Origin: Enoplolaimus lenunculus
Taxonomy: Eukaryota
Direction of reading: 5' to 3'
Length of the DNA stretch: 64,000 nt
NCBI GenBank assembly: GCA_030248215.1
Contig: JASANG010000957.1
Coordinates: forward strand, 186,001 to 250,000
Positions 53,323 through 64,000 of the stretch are shown here, piece by piece. The translations under genes were made by a program, and so were the position numbers. The notes under the pieces were generated by a model that had not been told where the DNA came from, made no database searches, and saw only the letters and a program-made list of their open reading frames with translations. Position 1 is the first letter of the stretch; each line of letters begins with the position of its first letter.

Positions 53323-55068
53323 TAAACGTATTCATTAATATTGTTTAATTGTTACGAAAATACTAGCAAATAAGCTAATGCATCATCCACAATAATTTGT
53401 TTACGTTGGGTAGAAAATCCGCATTTCAGTTAGTTCATACGACACTTTAATAAATTTCATTTTTAGTATCAAATAAAAAGTTTATATTATGGAAAAAATT
53501 TAATTAAGACAGCCATTTATTAAATTGAAAAGTGTGAAAATTAATATATTTTCGGCCAATAATTTTCGCTTGTAGAGTTGTTTCATTTTCAATTCATTAA
53601 AGTCTCTACAAAGTTTAATTCAATTTTCATTCACAACCAGCTCACCCATGTAAACATCAGGGGCGGAAAGAGTTCATTGAGTTTAGCTTAAACGGAAAAT
53701 ATGTAACATTTTTAATGAGTCTCAGTGTAAACAATCCTGTTAGTTTAGTTAATCTAGAAAGTTAATTTAATGCTGCTGGATTATCTTAAGCTTAAATCAA
53801 GTTAATTTAAACTTTTAGAAAATATACGAGATCAAATTGCAAACACAAATTGACTTGTAACCGTATTTTTGTGTATAAACTTTTTAAAATCAGTATCGCA
53901 TCAAACCCGTAGCCAGCTCACCTTCCTGGGTGGGTAATAATATTTTCAGGAGGGGCATTCAAGGGTTTCTAATGACTTTCGAGCAAGGTTGAAATTTTTT
54001 AAGGGGGCCAGGTGGAGCTGAGCCCCCTATCGCAACGAGCCCGTATCGCGTCCATATTTACACATCAATGAGATTAGCTATGTAATTTTGAACTTAAAAC
54101 AAGCCACCAACACCGAAACCAAAGATGTTTTTTGGGGTCCTGTAAACTGGTTACATATAATTAATGTTTGGTCATTAATCAAACGAACCAAATATTTATC
54201 TTTGGTCTTCTACGAAATATTCATTGTGACTGAGATTTCTTTGTGTTTTTTAGGCATAAACCGCTTATGAGACACATTTTTTCCGGCGTTTGGCTTGCAG
54301 TTTGCAAGCTTAACGGTCGTATTGTATATATTTTATTTTCTGCGATGGTTGGAGAAAAGATTTGGTTTGGAAATGCGATTATACTCAAAGTCACAAATAA
54401 AACCTCGTACGATAACACAGATTGTTATCCTATTAAAAGCAAAGGTACACTGTAAATTCCAGCGAGTTGATTTCAACTCAGACTGAGTTGAGTCGCTCAG
54501 TCTGAGTTAGGACTATCAGAACTCATAATTCTGAGTTGATATGACTCATTCTGATGCAATTAATCAACTTTCCCGGAATTAAATCAACTCAGAGTGAGTT
54601 GCCTATAGGCAACTCAGCGCAGTGTGTATACGTTGCCTCACAGTTTCATAGCTGTACTTAGATAGTGTTAATTGTCTAGACACTGTCGGAAGGGACTCTG
54701 GATAAATACATGTTGTCCGTAGGATGTCAGGACATTACGGTAGGGCACGCGCACTCATAAAAACAAACGCTATGCACACATATTCACACGCATTATTCAA
54801 CACAAAAAAATGAGTCCCTTCCGAGGGACTATGGACAATAACAGCTCCTGATAATAATGTCAGGACAAGTAAATATTTATGCCTAGAGCATATTCATTGT
54901 CTAAAAGTTCAAACAACGACGTATTGACATCTCAGACAGTGTATAAAGAGAGTGGGTAGGAACCACAGGGGCACACAAAAGGAAGGGACATTTTTTACAA
55001 ATGTGCGTGCATTTTAACGTGGATGACCCATTATATGTATGTGCAATTGATATAGGAGTTACCATTAA

Positions 55069-55846
55069 CCCCTTCTCACATTGAGTTGCCTATAGGCAAC
55101 TCAGAGCAGTGTATATACGTTAAATAATATATCGCACCGTGTTGAACAATTGCAACACATATACAAAGTACTAAATCACCACAAGACGTGAGAGCCGCCT
55201 CGGGCTCGAGCGTCAAGCTCCTATAGCTGAGTTGGAGATGGTATACGCCTCCCACTCCAGTCACTGGAGTTCGAATCCAAGCATAAAAGTAGGTCTCATG
55301 CGGAGTTCACGTTACCGATTGTGCGCTTGGGACCTGTTATGCCACATACCCATAGCAGGATGTAGAAATAACCTATATAAATAGGTTGCTAGCTAGCTAC
55401 TGCCCATATGGGTACCTTACGTATGTAGCTATGGGTAGCTAATCTTCGGTTTGTTACCCATATGGGTACCTTGCGTTTGTTTTAACAATATTTATAGTTT
55501 GCGTAATTTTGTTACATTTTTCCAGATATATTGCAAAAAAAGACTAAAACAGACTTGTAAAACAAAACTCACTGTACTGAGCCGTTTTAAAGAGCAAGCT
55601 TGAAAGTGCATTATGCTGACATCTATAAAGGCAACGAGTAGACATCTTGACTCTACCCATATGGGTAGGTCAATATTTCAAACACCTAGCTATGTGCAAC
55701 ATTTTATTTTCTGTTGGTATCCACATAGGTAACAAAAAAGTTAGTGTGTACCGCTGTGGGCACAGTAACAAAACAGGTACCAAGCGCACAATTGATAACG
55801 TGAACTCCGCATCAGGGGAAATAGAAAATATTCATGTGAGAAAGGG
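55069..55846 (+). mobile_element. piggyBac-type tRNA-like MITE interrupted by a nested element
   Basis: TTAA on both sides; both halves match 42113-42375. Confidence 0.85.
55299..55811. mobile_element. Nested MITE with ~38-bp TIR and 3-bp TSD TCA (PIF/Harbinger-like)
   Basis: TGCGGAGTTCACGTTA.C.ATTGTGCGCTTGG.ACCTGTT TIRs. The empty site AGGTCTCAGGGG is seen in sister copies. Confidence 0.85.
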
Positions 55847-56291
55847 TTAACGGTGGAATATTATTTCACAACCCATTTTTAAATTCTGAATCTATGACAA
55901 TTCGTTGCCCCTGGCAACTTGTCGCTTGACAGTGTTTATAAGCATATGCCCAAGCCAAAGCATTCACAGGCAATGTATTATAGAACACGGCCGTTAACAG
56001 AAGTATATATAAGCGTATTTTCTTAGCCTAAGCCTAAACCTAAGCGTATGAATGCTTTTATTCCTAAGCCTAAGCCTAAGCATAAACAAAATTTATTCAA
56101 AACCTTTGGCTTACTCTATCACAATTACGCACAAAAACGGTTCACCCCTGATCTTTACACTGGCAATCGCCAAAAACACTGTCAAAACGAATATATTTTA
56201 TTAGAAATTTTTGATGTTCCAATATCGAACTGATTTGTGCGGAGGAATGCAAGGCGATAAACAACCATCAATAGGGTCGCTTGAAATTGCG

Positions 56292-56545
56292 GGCCAATGT
56301 AAACAACACGGGTGGAACAGTATTACAAGCATACCCCTAAGCTTAAGCCCAAACCTAAACGTAAGCGAAAGAATGAGTTTATTGCTAAGGCTAAGCCTAA
56401 GCCTAAGCGCAAACCTAAGCGTAAGAATGAGTTTATTCCTAAGCCAAAACCTAAGTCTAAGCCAAGCAAAAATAATTAGTCTAAAGCTTTAACTTTATGG
56501 CAATCCCGCAGAAAAACGTTCCGCCCTGATCTTTTTACATGTGGC
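56292..56545 (-). mobile_element. Telomeric-repeat MITE family A
   Basis: Both TIRs; exact 8-bp TSD AAATTGCG (56284-56291, 56546-56553). Confidence 0.85.
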
Positions 56546-58517
56546 AAATTGCGGAATGTTTAAGAGTAAGCTGCTGTCTTTTTCTAACCCAAAGGAAGAA
56601 TGGTGAAAGTTTCACTTTATTGGGTTAAAATTGAAATAAAACACAAAGTTTTATAAGCAAATTTCAGTTGGGGTGCAAAATTTTTTTAGACCGAGTCTAC
56701 GATGAGTGAAAATAAAATTCGACGGCTCGCCATGCAGGCACGTTGCCAGCTCACGTGATTAGGAGAGGCTAAAAAAGTTTTCACGAGACGCATACAAGGG
56801 TTTTATGCTTAGGCTTAAAAAATATGCTCATTCTTACGCTTAAGCTTACGGTTTAAGGCTAGTCTTAGACTTCGGAATACGCTCATTCTTACGCTTAGGC
56901 GTAAACTTAGGCTTAGGCTTAGGAATATGCTTATAATACTGATCCACTCCTGTTGTTTACATTGGCGATATTTTTTATAACATATCCACTAAATTTAGTC
57001 GCAAGGCTGTTCTACATTTCGGCAATTGTTCAACGTAAGTTGAAACCATTAAGAAGCGTCACATTCGATTGATTTATATCGCTAATGTAAGGTAGAGTTC
57101 GTGTTCTCAACTAGGTCACCAATCACAGACCAGTAGCAAGCTCACCTTGCAATGGTGCTAAAAATTTTCAGTAGGGGCATTCAAGGGTTTTCGTTGACTT
57201 ACTGAGTTGAAAATTTTTTAAGAAGCCAAAATTTTTCCGGGTGGAAGGGGTTGAGCCGTCATGTCCCCACTCTTGGCTGTAGGCCGGCTTCAATCAGCGT
57301 AAACATCACACACAAATAGAGTAACATTTCGATTTGCCGATGAACAATGATTTGTTAATTTCCCACGGGGCCTCATCAAAGGCATGCTCCAGAGTTGCCT
57401 GTGTTTGAGTCAAACAGAGATTGTGTGTTATTTTTTGATTTGAAAACATTCTATTGATATTTTTAATCAAATACACAATCATAATGAACGTATAAATATA
57501 AGCAAAACACTTGTAAGTTTTGAGCCTTCTGTAGTGCCAAAAAATGTGCGGAAAAATTTTGGCCCTTATTTGAAAAATTGCCAATCTTGCTTGTAACTCA
57601 ACGAAAACCCTTGTATGCGCCTCGTGAAAATTTTGTTAAGCCTAAGCGTAAGAATGAGCGTATTCCGAAGTCTAAGACTAGCCTTAAAGCCTAAGCGTAA
57701 GCGTAAGAATGAGCATATTTTTAAGCCTAAGCCTAAGCGTAAGCCTAAGCGTAAGAATGAGCATATTGCCAAGCCTACGCCTACGCAGCGTAAGCCAAAA
57801 CCAAGCAAAAAAATTAGTCTAAAGCTTAAGCTTACTCTATTGCAGTCCCACAGTAAAACGTTCCGCACCTGATCTTTATATGGACCAACAATTGTAACCC
57901 CATGGCGTGGTGGGGATATTTGCCAATTTTGAATTAAACCATACCCACCCTCCACCGCACATCCAATGAAAATTTCCATCGCATTCCTGGTGACAGCCTT
58001 TGCGTTCTACCCGATTGACGCATATACACAAGGTCAGACCGCCACTTCAACGAATGAATTATGTTTCAAATTTAAAGTGTCCTATTTTTATGCATTCAGT
58101 ATAGATGGACATCGGATATGCGAAATGCTATTGTTGTAAATTTTTTAATAATTTGCGCTATTTCACCACTAAAGTAGCTGGATCCAACGAAAAGAAATTC
58201 TGTATTCATATCTGGGCCAGAACATTCAACAACTAATTTATTGACAGTTTTTGTGGACAGATTTGGTTTTTTTCGTTGTATATGGTTTGTAAAATTTGGA
58301 GCTGTTTGACTTTGGTCTTTTTTACAATCATAGTTACACAGTCAGAAACGTTTTTATAATTCAGTATGATATTGAAAACATTTCTTTTCTTATATCTTGC
58401 TGGATACTTACTTTAATAAGCTCATACAGTTTCATTTGTTTGATAGAAAAATAGGTTCTTAATAGTCTTAGTTTTTGTTTTAAATCAAACGTATTATTCA
58501 AAATTCATGGTAAGTTA

Positions 58518-58955
58518 CTGTAGTGACCCGAATAAGAGTGGGGACTGATATTTATTTGGCCTCTCCAGAGGTTACCCCCTTGTTATTCGGTTACGGACTG
58601 TTAGTGATTTTTAACCCACGCTCCGCCGCCCTTCGTTACTGATATATCCGGTACTGCAATTATCCGTTGAATTAAACGTATAATTGTCTGTGTCAATAGC
58701 TTGAGCGATAATACAAGGTTCTACTTAGGAATGTACTTTCAAAATTTAAGTACGCTTTAAAGTTTCGAACTCAAATTGTTTGGTCCTGGATTCATTTATG
58801 CGCTACAACTACGGTTAATTGACATTTATGGACTCTAATTAGGGTTTAGGGACTGTATCCGCTTGCGGACTCTTATCAAGGATACGGACTCCTATTGATT
58901 CGGACCCAAAATGGGGACCCCGTCTTATTACCCCCTCTTATTCGGGTCAATACAG
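58518..58955. mobile_element. TA-flanked MITE, full-length copy in opposite orientation to 52879-53322
   Basis: Same TIRs and internal sequence, TA on both sides. Confidence 0.85.
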
Positions 58956-59954
58956 TAATTAAGTACGTGCGCTAAACGGATCAATTCAAAAAATGGCGCA
59001 ATTCAACTCAGCGCTTCGCTTTACACAGCAATGTAAAATGTCTAAACTACAGGTTACGGCCCATAAATTGGCTCAACATGGAAATATCCCATTCCATAAG
59101 GGCATAAATGGAAATTAAAGACGTTTCGAGCGAGTGAAGCGAGTGATAAAATTTTGTTGAGTTCAAAATCAGTGTTTGTGTAATTGTCAATCATGTAAGC
59201 GTGCCTATTTTTAACACACATATTATATATATGTATATATATGTATATATATACATATATATATTTCTTCGTATAGTCTACCTTATAAAGACACCCTTCC
59301 TTGATTTGTATCTTATAATCGACCTGATTTTTAGAAGTTAAGTATAAAATGTTGGAAAAAATTCATTTCTCGGCAAATATATTACAAGTCACGCTATCTG
59401 CTTGTTAGTATCATTAACGAATATAAGTTGTTTTAGAAGAATATTGTCTTGTTAAACTAACATTTTTTATCTGCTATTTACTCTTTTATTTATAAAGAGA
59501 AATTGTTTATACTTTGAAAAATGAGGTCGATGACGGATTGTTGTTTATAATAAAATCAAGAGTTGATTTTTATGCATATCTTCAACAAAGATTTATGCAA
59601 CTGGGTACATTCTGTGTAGAAAACAATGTATGCGGTACGTGAATGGAGTATAATCGAGTAAAAGAAAATATTTTGACATCCATATAGCATCCAAAACGTT
59701 TACTAAGAACAATATATGGTTTTGTACTGCCATTGCCGCCAAATGTGTGGACTTTTTTTACAGTAGCGCAGACAATATCACGTAAATGATCTATTATTTC
59801 TCCCCTTTTTATAAACTTCAGTAGGGCATACATCCCATTTATCGCTGTCCCGTGTGGACGCCGTGTGACCTCGGGTCATTATTGGCTGTTTTTCTCACGA
59901 AAGCTAGTTCGCAATAATCACCATATCATACGCTCGCTTAAACGTTCTTAGACA

Positions 59955-60072
59955 ATTATTTAGCAAAAAAATATTTAGCAAAAAATTACTTAGCAAATAT
60001 ATTATTTAGCAAAAAAATTATTTAGCAAAAAAATTATTTGGCAAAGAAATTATTTAGCAAAAAAATTATTTT
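59955..60072 (+). repeat. ~16-bp tandem repeat AATTATTTAGCAAAAA
   Basis: About 7 imperfect copies. Confidence 0.85.
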
Positions 60073-60174
60073 TGGCATAGAAATACAGCTATTAAACTTG
60101 CCATATTTCACACTGTGCTTTGGTTTTTAGTTCTGTCTATACCATCTTTAGATATAGTAGTTTTATGTTTTTAC

Positions 60175-60326
60175 GGCTTACAAGAGCTATTATCCATGTG
60201 TACAGGAGGTTCACAACAGCCATAACCGATGTTTACAGGATTTTGAGCTTACAACAGCTATAATCCATGTTTACAGGAGTTTAAGCTTACAAGAGCTATA
60301 ATCCATGTTTACAGGAGGTTGAGCTA
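60175..60326 (+). repeat. ~38-bp tandem repeat
   Basis: GCTTACAAGAGCTATAATCCATGTTTACAGGAG.TT unit, 4 imperfect copies. Confidence 0.8.
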
Positions 60327-60908
60327 TGGATTCAAAGAGAAAATTTACGACATTCAAATAGTTCCAGCCATGCTCAACATAAAGCGAAACGAAATGTAAG
60401 CGGATATTAAAAATAACTGAAACGAACATTGATTTTTCCCGGAAACGGATATCCGGTTACCTTCTGCTGCTAAAGGACAGAATGTTGAATGTCACTGCTA
60501 GAAATATCTTACTGTCCTGAACTCATTTTTTCAGGTGAAAGAATATATAGCTCTTGCAAACATGCGTTGCGTTTTTGACCGACCCCCATATTTAAAGGGG
60601 GGGTACAATCTGTGTGAACCATGGCACTTTTATGTATCCGACTCCGGCATCAAGCTGCTCCCCTTACACCTTAATTTAGGGTTATTGCATGTAACAGCGG
60701 TTCGCCATCTAAATAAGGACAGGTCGACCAAGGGGAGGGGGGTCGGCCAAGAACGCAACTCCCGGTGGCACGTTCCGTACCATACGGTACCACAAAAATT
60801 GCGCACTCTTGTATTATGCAGTCTTGGTTTAACCTTGAAAATTTTGGAACTGAAGCTTATTACCATTTGGTTGGTCATTCTAAGTGTTGCGCTATACTTA
60901 ACTGAGCC

Positions 60909-61060
60909 GGACGCCAACGCGCAACGCCGCACGTCGCCGTGCGCCGCTGGACGCCGCCGTGCGCCGCTGGACGCCGCTGGACGCCGCCGTGCGCCGCTGG
61001 ACGCCGCTGGACGCCGCTGGACGCCGCTGGACGCCGCTGGACGCCGCCGTGCGGTGGCGT
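60909..61060 (+). repeat. GC-rich 10-bp tandem repeat ACGCCGCTGG
   Basis: About 12 copies with variants. Confidence 0.9.
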
Positions 61061-61074
61061 GCGATAATTTGTAA

Positions 61075-61330
61075 CCATTTCTCACATGAATATTTTCAAT
61101 TTCATATGATATGTAATTTCAAGGTAAGATTCAATCCCCAGTCTTACGGCCGGATGGCGTTTACGATGACTACTGAGCTAAAGGAGCTTGACGCTCGAGC
61201 CCGAGGGGGCTCTCACGTGTTGTAGAGATTTTGCACAGTGCATATATGTTATAAACACTGCTCACAGTGTATGTATTGCTCGTACATTATTGTATTAAGT
61301 TGCTCATAGTATACTCTATGAGTGAAAGGG
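61075..61330 (-). mobile_element. piggyBac-type tRNA-like MITE
   Basis: Colinear with 10709-10971; ends GAAAGGG-TTAA. Confidence 0.78.
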
Positions 61331-63579
61331 TTAATGAAAAATGTCACTGTTCCGCGTGCCACCGGATGCCGCCGCACGGTGGCGTGCGGCAATTTTAATC
61401 AAAAATGACACAGTTCCGCGTGCTGCCGCACAACGGCATCCGGTGGCGTGTGGCAGCGCGCGTCGGCGTCCGACGACACGCGGAGCGTATAGCGCAATCC
61501 GAAACAATTGTCCGTTGTTTTTTTGGCTCCGGTCACATTTTTAAACGCCACGTCTGTGTAGGATCTAAGCGTTGTGGTGTGTCATGAATTCACAGTAACC
61601 TATTTGCTTTGCCAGGTTTTCTGGCACGAACCGGTCGTGAGAACTTTGCCAAATGTGGCCCCATGTTTGGCGTTTTAAATATGACCAGACTTAAACGACG
61701 CAATTTGTAGGCAGCAGTACGTTTTTTTCGCTGAATTTGAAAATTCTACACGTTCTCTATGATATATAGTCATATTTATTTTACGGGCGGAGACCAAATA
61801 CGCATTTAGAACTACAACAACAAAAAGCCACAACAACAACAATTTACAAAAATTGTGCCAATGTAAAGAACAGAGGCGGAACAGTATAATATAAGCATAT
61901 TCCTAGACTAAGCCTAAGCATAAGCCTAAAGCCTACGCGTAAGAATGAGCATAATAATAAGCCTCAGTCGAAAGCGCCAGAATGAGCATATTCCTAAACC
62001 TAAGCATAAGCCTAAGCTTAAGCCAAGCAAAAAATTAGTCTAAAGCTTAAGCTTTACTCAATTGCAGTCCCACAGAAAAACGTTCCGCCCCTGATGTGCC
62101 GAAATTACCAAGTTCGTATCGTTTCGTAATTGTCGGCACTGACTAAACGTTTGCGCAACCCTGTTACATAAGTTGACTCATGTAACCCGATGGCGTATAT
62201 CTTTTGCCAGATATGACGTCATTATGTAATTATTACGTCAGTCTATATGTATATACGTATATATGTATTGTAAAACCGGTGATTTGTTGCAATTTTTTTC
62301 TTGTTTTTGAGTCAAATTTGCGTAGATTTGGTATAGTTTACGGATGGATACCTGATATAAAACGGTAATTTCCATTATTTATCCGAATGAACGCAATACG
62401 TAGGCGTTCACCTTTGAAATTTAAGTCGCTAAACTGCATATTTCAGAAAGTATTATTTAGTTTCAGACTGTATAGACCAACTACTAGTAATATGGTATAT
62501 ATAGTAATTATAGTCTGCTACATCAGGGTATCAATTTGCGACCACAATACCTGGTCATTATATATGTCAAATTTACCAAATTATATCCTTGTAAATGGTG
62601 GTTTTTGGTATGCTTAGTGGTTACTTAGCTAATAGTTTTGGCGGGTAAAGCTATCAAAATGGCTTACCGACACGCAAATGGCGTTTGGCCCCAAATGGTA
62701 TCGTATAACTTTTACATATAACCCGTATATATTCGTTGTTTTGAGGTTAAATTGACTTTTAATGTGATTTAGGACAAGCGGACGCGGGCAGGTATCTTTG
62801 TAAGGTCAGGCAAGTACACGCTCTTACCTCTGGATATTTTTTTATGTCAATGAAGGGTGCGAAATATTGCATTGGGGGTCACATTGTCAAACGGTTGTAT
62901 ATTTTGTTCAAAATGGCTCGCTTGCACATACTAGGTCAGTATTTTAGCTGGCACCCGTGTTCAGATTATAGATGGCTTGAATTTCTAGGTATTTTACAAC
63001 ATCTGTGTAACGGTAAACCTGGTTCGAAAATGATTTCTTTGCGAACATTTTTTGACCATTTGTATAAAATGACAAACATTTGAGTTAATATTTGTGATAC
63101 GAAAGTTTTTGTGGTTTAGGAATTTTTGTTGTTCCAATATTCCTACAGTTGTATCATTTTCAACAGGGCCGGATCGTTTTCAGGATGGGCTATAATAGAG
63201 TCAGCTTAAGCTTTAGACTAATTTTTTTGCTTAGGCTTAGGCATAGGCTAATTCATACGCTTAGGCTTAGGCATAAGTTAGGCTTAAGCTTAGGCTTAAG
63301 CTTAGGCTTAGGCTCAGGCTTAGGAATAGGCCCATCCATACGCTTAGGCTTAAGCTTAGGCTTAGGCTTAAGAATTTGCTTATACTACTGTTCCAGTGAT
63401 AAAATTTAAGACAATTTTAAACATGAATTAGTTGAAGACTTACGCCAATTCGTCATCCGGCAACTTGTCACCCGACATTGTCATAAGCCTAAACCTAAAC
63501 CAAAACATAATCATTAGCCTCAAAGCGTAAGCATAATTATTGGCGACAAATTGTTGAGCTGACGCGATTTCAGATTACA

Positions 63580-63860
63580 AGTTGTCGGTCGACGAGTTGT
63601 CGGTCGACGAGTTGTCGGTGAATGAATTGTCGGTCGATGGATTGTCGGTCGATGAATTGTCGGTCGATGAATTGTCGGTCGATGAATTGTCGGTCGATGA
63701 ATTGTCGGTCGATGAATTGTCGGTCGATGAATTGTCGGTCGATGAATTGTCGGTCGATGAATTGTCGGTCGATGAATTGTCGGTCGACGAGTTGTCGGTC
63801 GATGAATTGTCGGTCGATGAATTGTCGGTCGATGAATTGTCGGTCGATGAATTGTCGGTT
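63580..63860 (+). repeat. 15-bp tandem repeat TTGTCGGTCGATGAA, ~19 copies
   Basis: Direct inspection; related short units at 37486-37515, 37800-37880, 55895-55930, 63445-63480. Confidence 0.95.
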
Positions 63861-64000
63861 GCGAATACTTAATGTTAACTATTCAGATTCATATACTTAC
63901 CATTAAAATCACATTTCCTACAGCCAGCAGTATCATCTATATTAATTTCCTAAAAAGACAAGCGGGGCTAAATTGTTACTAAGAGGGGTGGTCGAAATTT

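Larger units (their letters stand above)
39614..58340 (-). pseudogene. Candidate (probably decayed) multi-exon gene, WSC domain plus glycosyltransferase-like region
   Basis: Open exon candidates with AG/GT: 58044-57945 (CICVNRVERKGCHQECDGNFHWMCGGGW, WSC-like), 50642-50499, 47972-47845 (KNWFIWYSGDDAKLHFNNL), and 41533-41388 plus 39782-39614 (phase-matched, ending TGA). An intervening candidate at 54429-54263 has an in-frame TAA. Confidence 0.4.

Noticed and set aside
57966..58032. Signal-peptide-like MKISIAFLVTAFAFYPIDAYTQG on +
   Set aside because: It overlaps the more specific WSC-like Cys pattern on -, and no downstream exons were found.
60535..61225. ORFs of 150-180 aa
   Set aside because: They span a repeat-family copy, a 10-bp tandem repeat and a MITE.
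62773..63083. Ig-like DAGRYLC motif in an open frame
   Set aside because: Isolated motif with no partner exon identified in the window.
63582..63906. SVDEL / MNCRS repeat proteins
   Set aside because: Open frames arise from a 15-bp tandem repeat; no splice or gene context.

Overview
AT-rich eukaryotic DNA, almost certainly nematode (TTAGGC telomeric hexamer, cuticle collagens, TTTCAG/TTTTAG acceptors). Well-supported genes are three paralogous cuticle collagens (one partial on +, two complete six-exon genes on -), a two-exon mitochondrial pyruvate carrier (MPC2) and a 165-aa single-pass membrane ORF ending in PSAPPAY. Scattered minus-strand exon candidates at about 39.6-58.3 kb suggest a decayed WSC-domain/glycosyltransferase-like gene. 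Introns and intergenic DNA are saturated with non-autonomous DNA transposons (MITEs); no intact transposase is visible. The most striking families are: GG-terminal elements with 8-bp target duplications (TSDs; Merlin-like) that carry telomeric repeats; TTAA/piggyBac-type elements carrying a tRNA-like Pol III promoter; and two CACTG-terminal palindromic families whose terminal inverted repeats (TIRs) contain splice donor and acceptor sites that would preserve reading frame. All coordinates were read by eye, and the ends of degenerate repeats are approximate.
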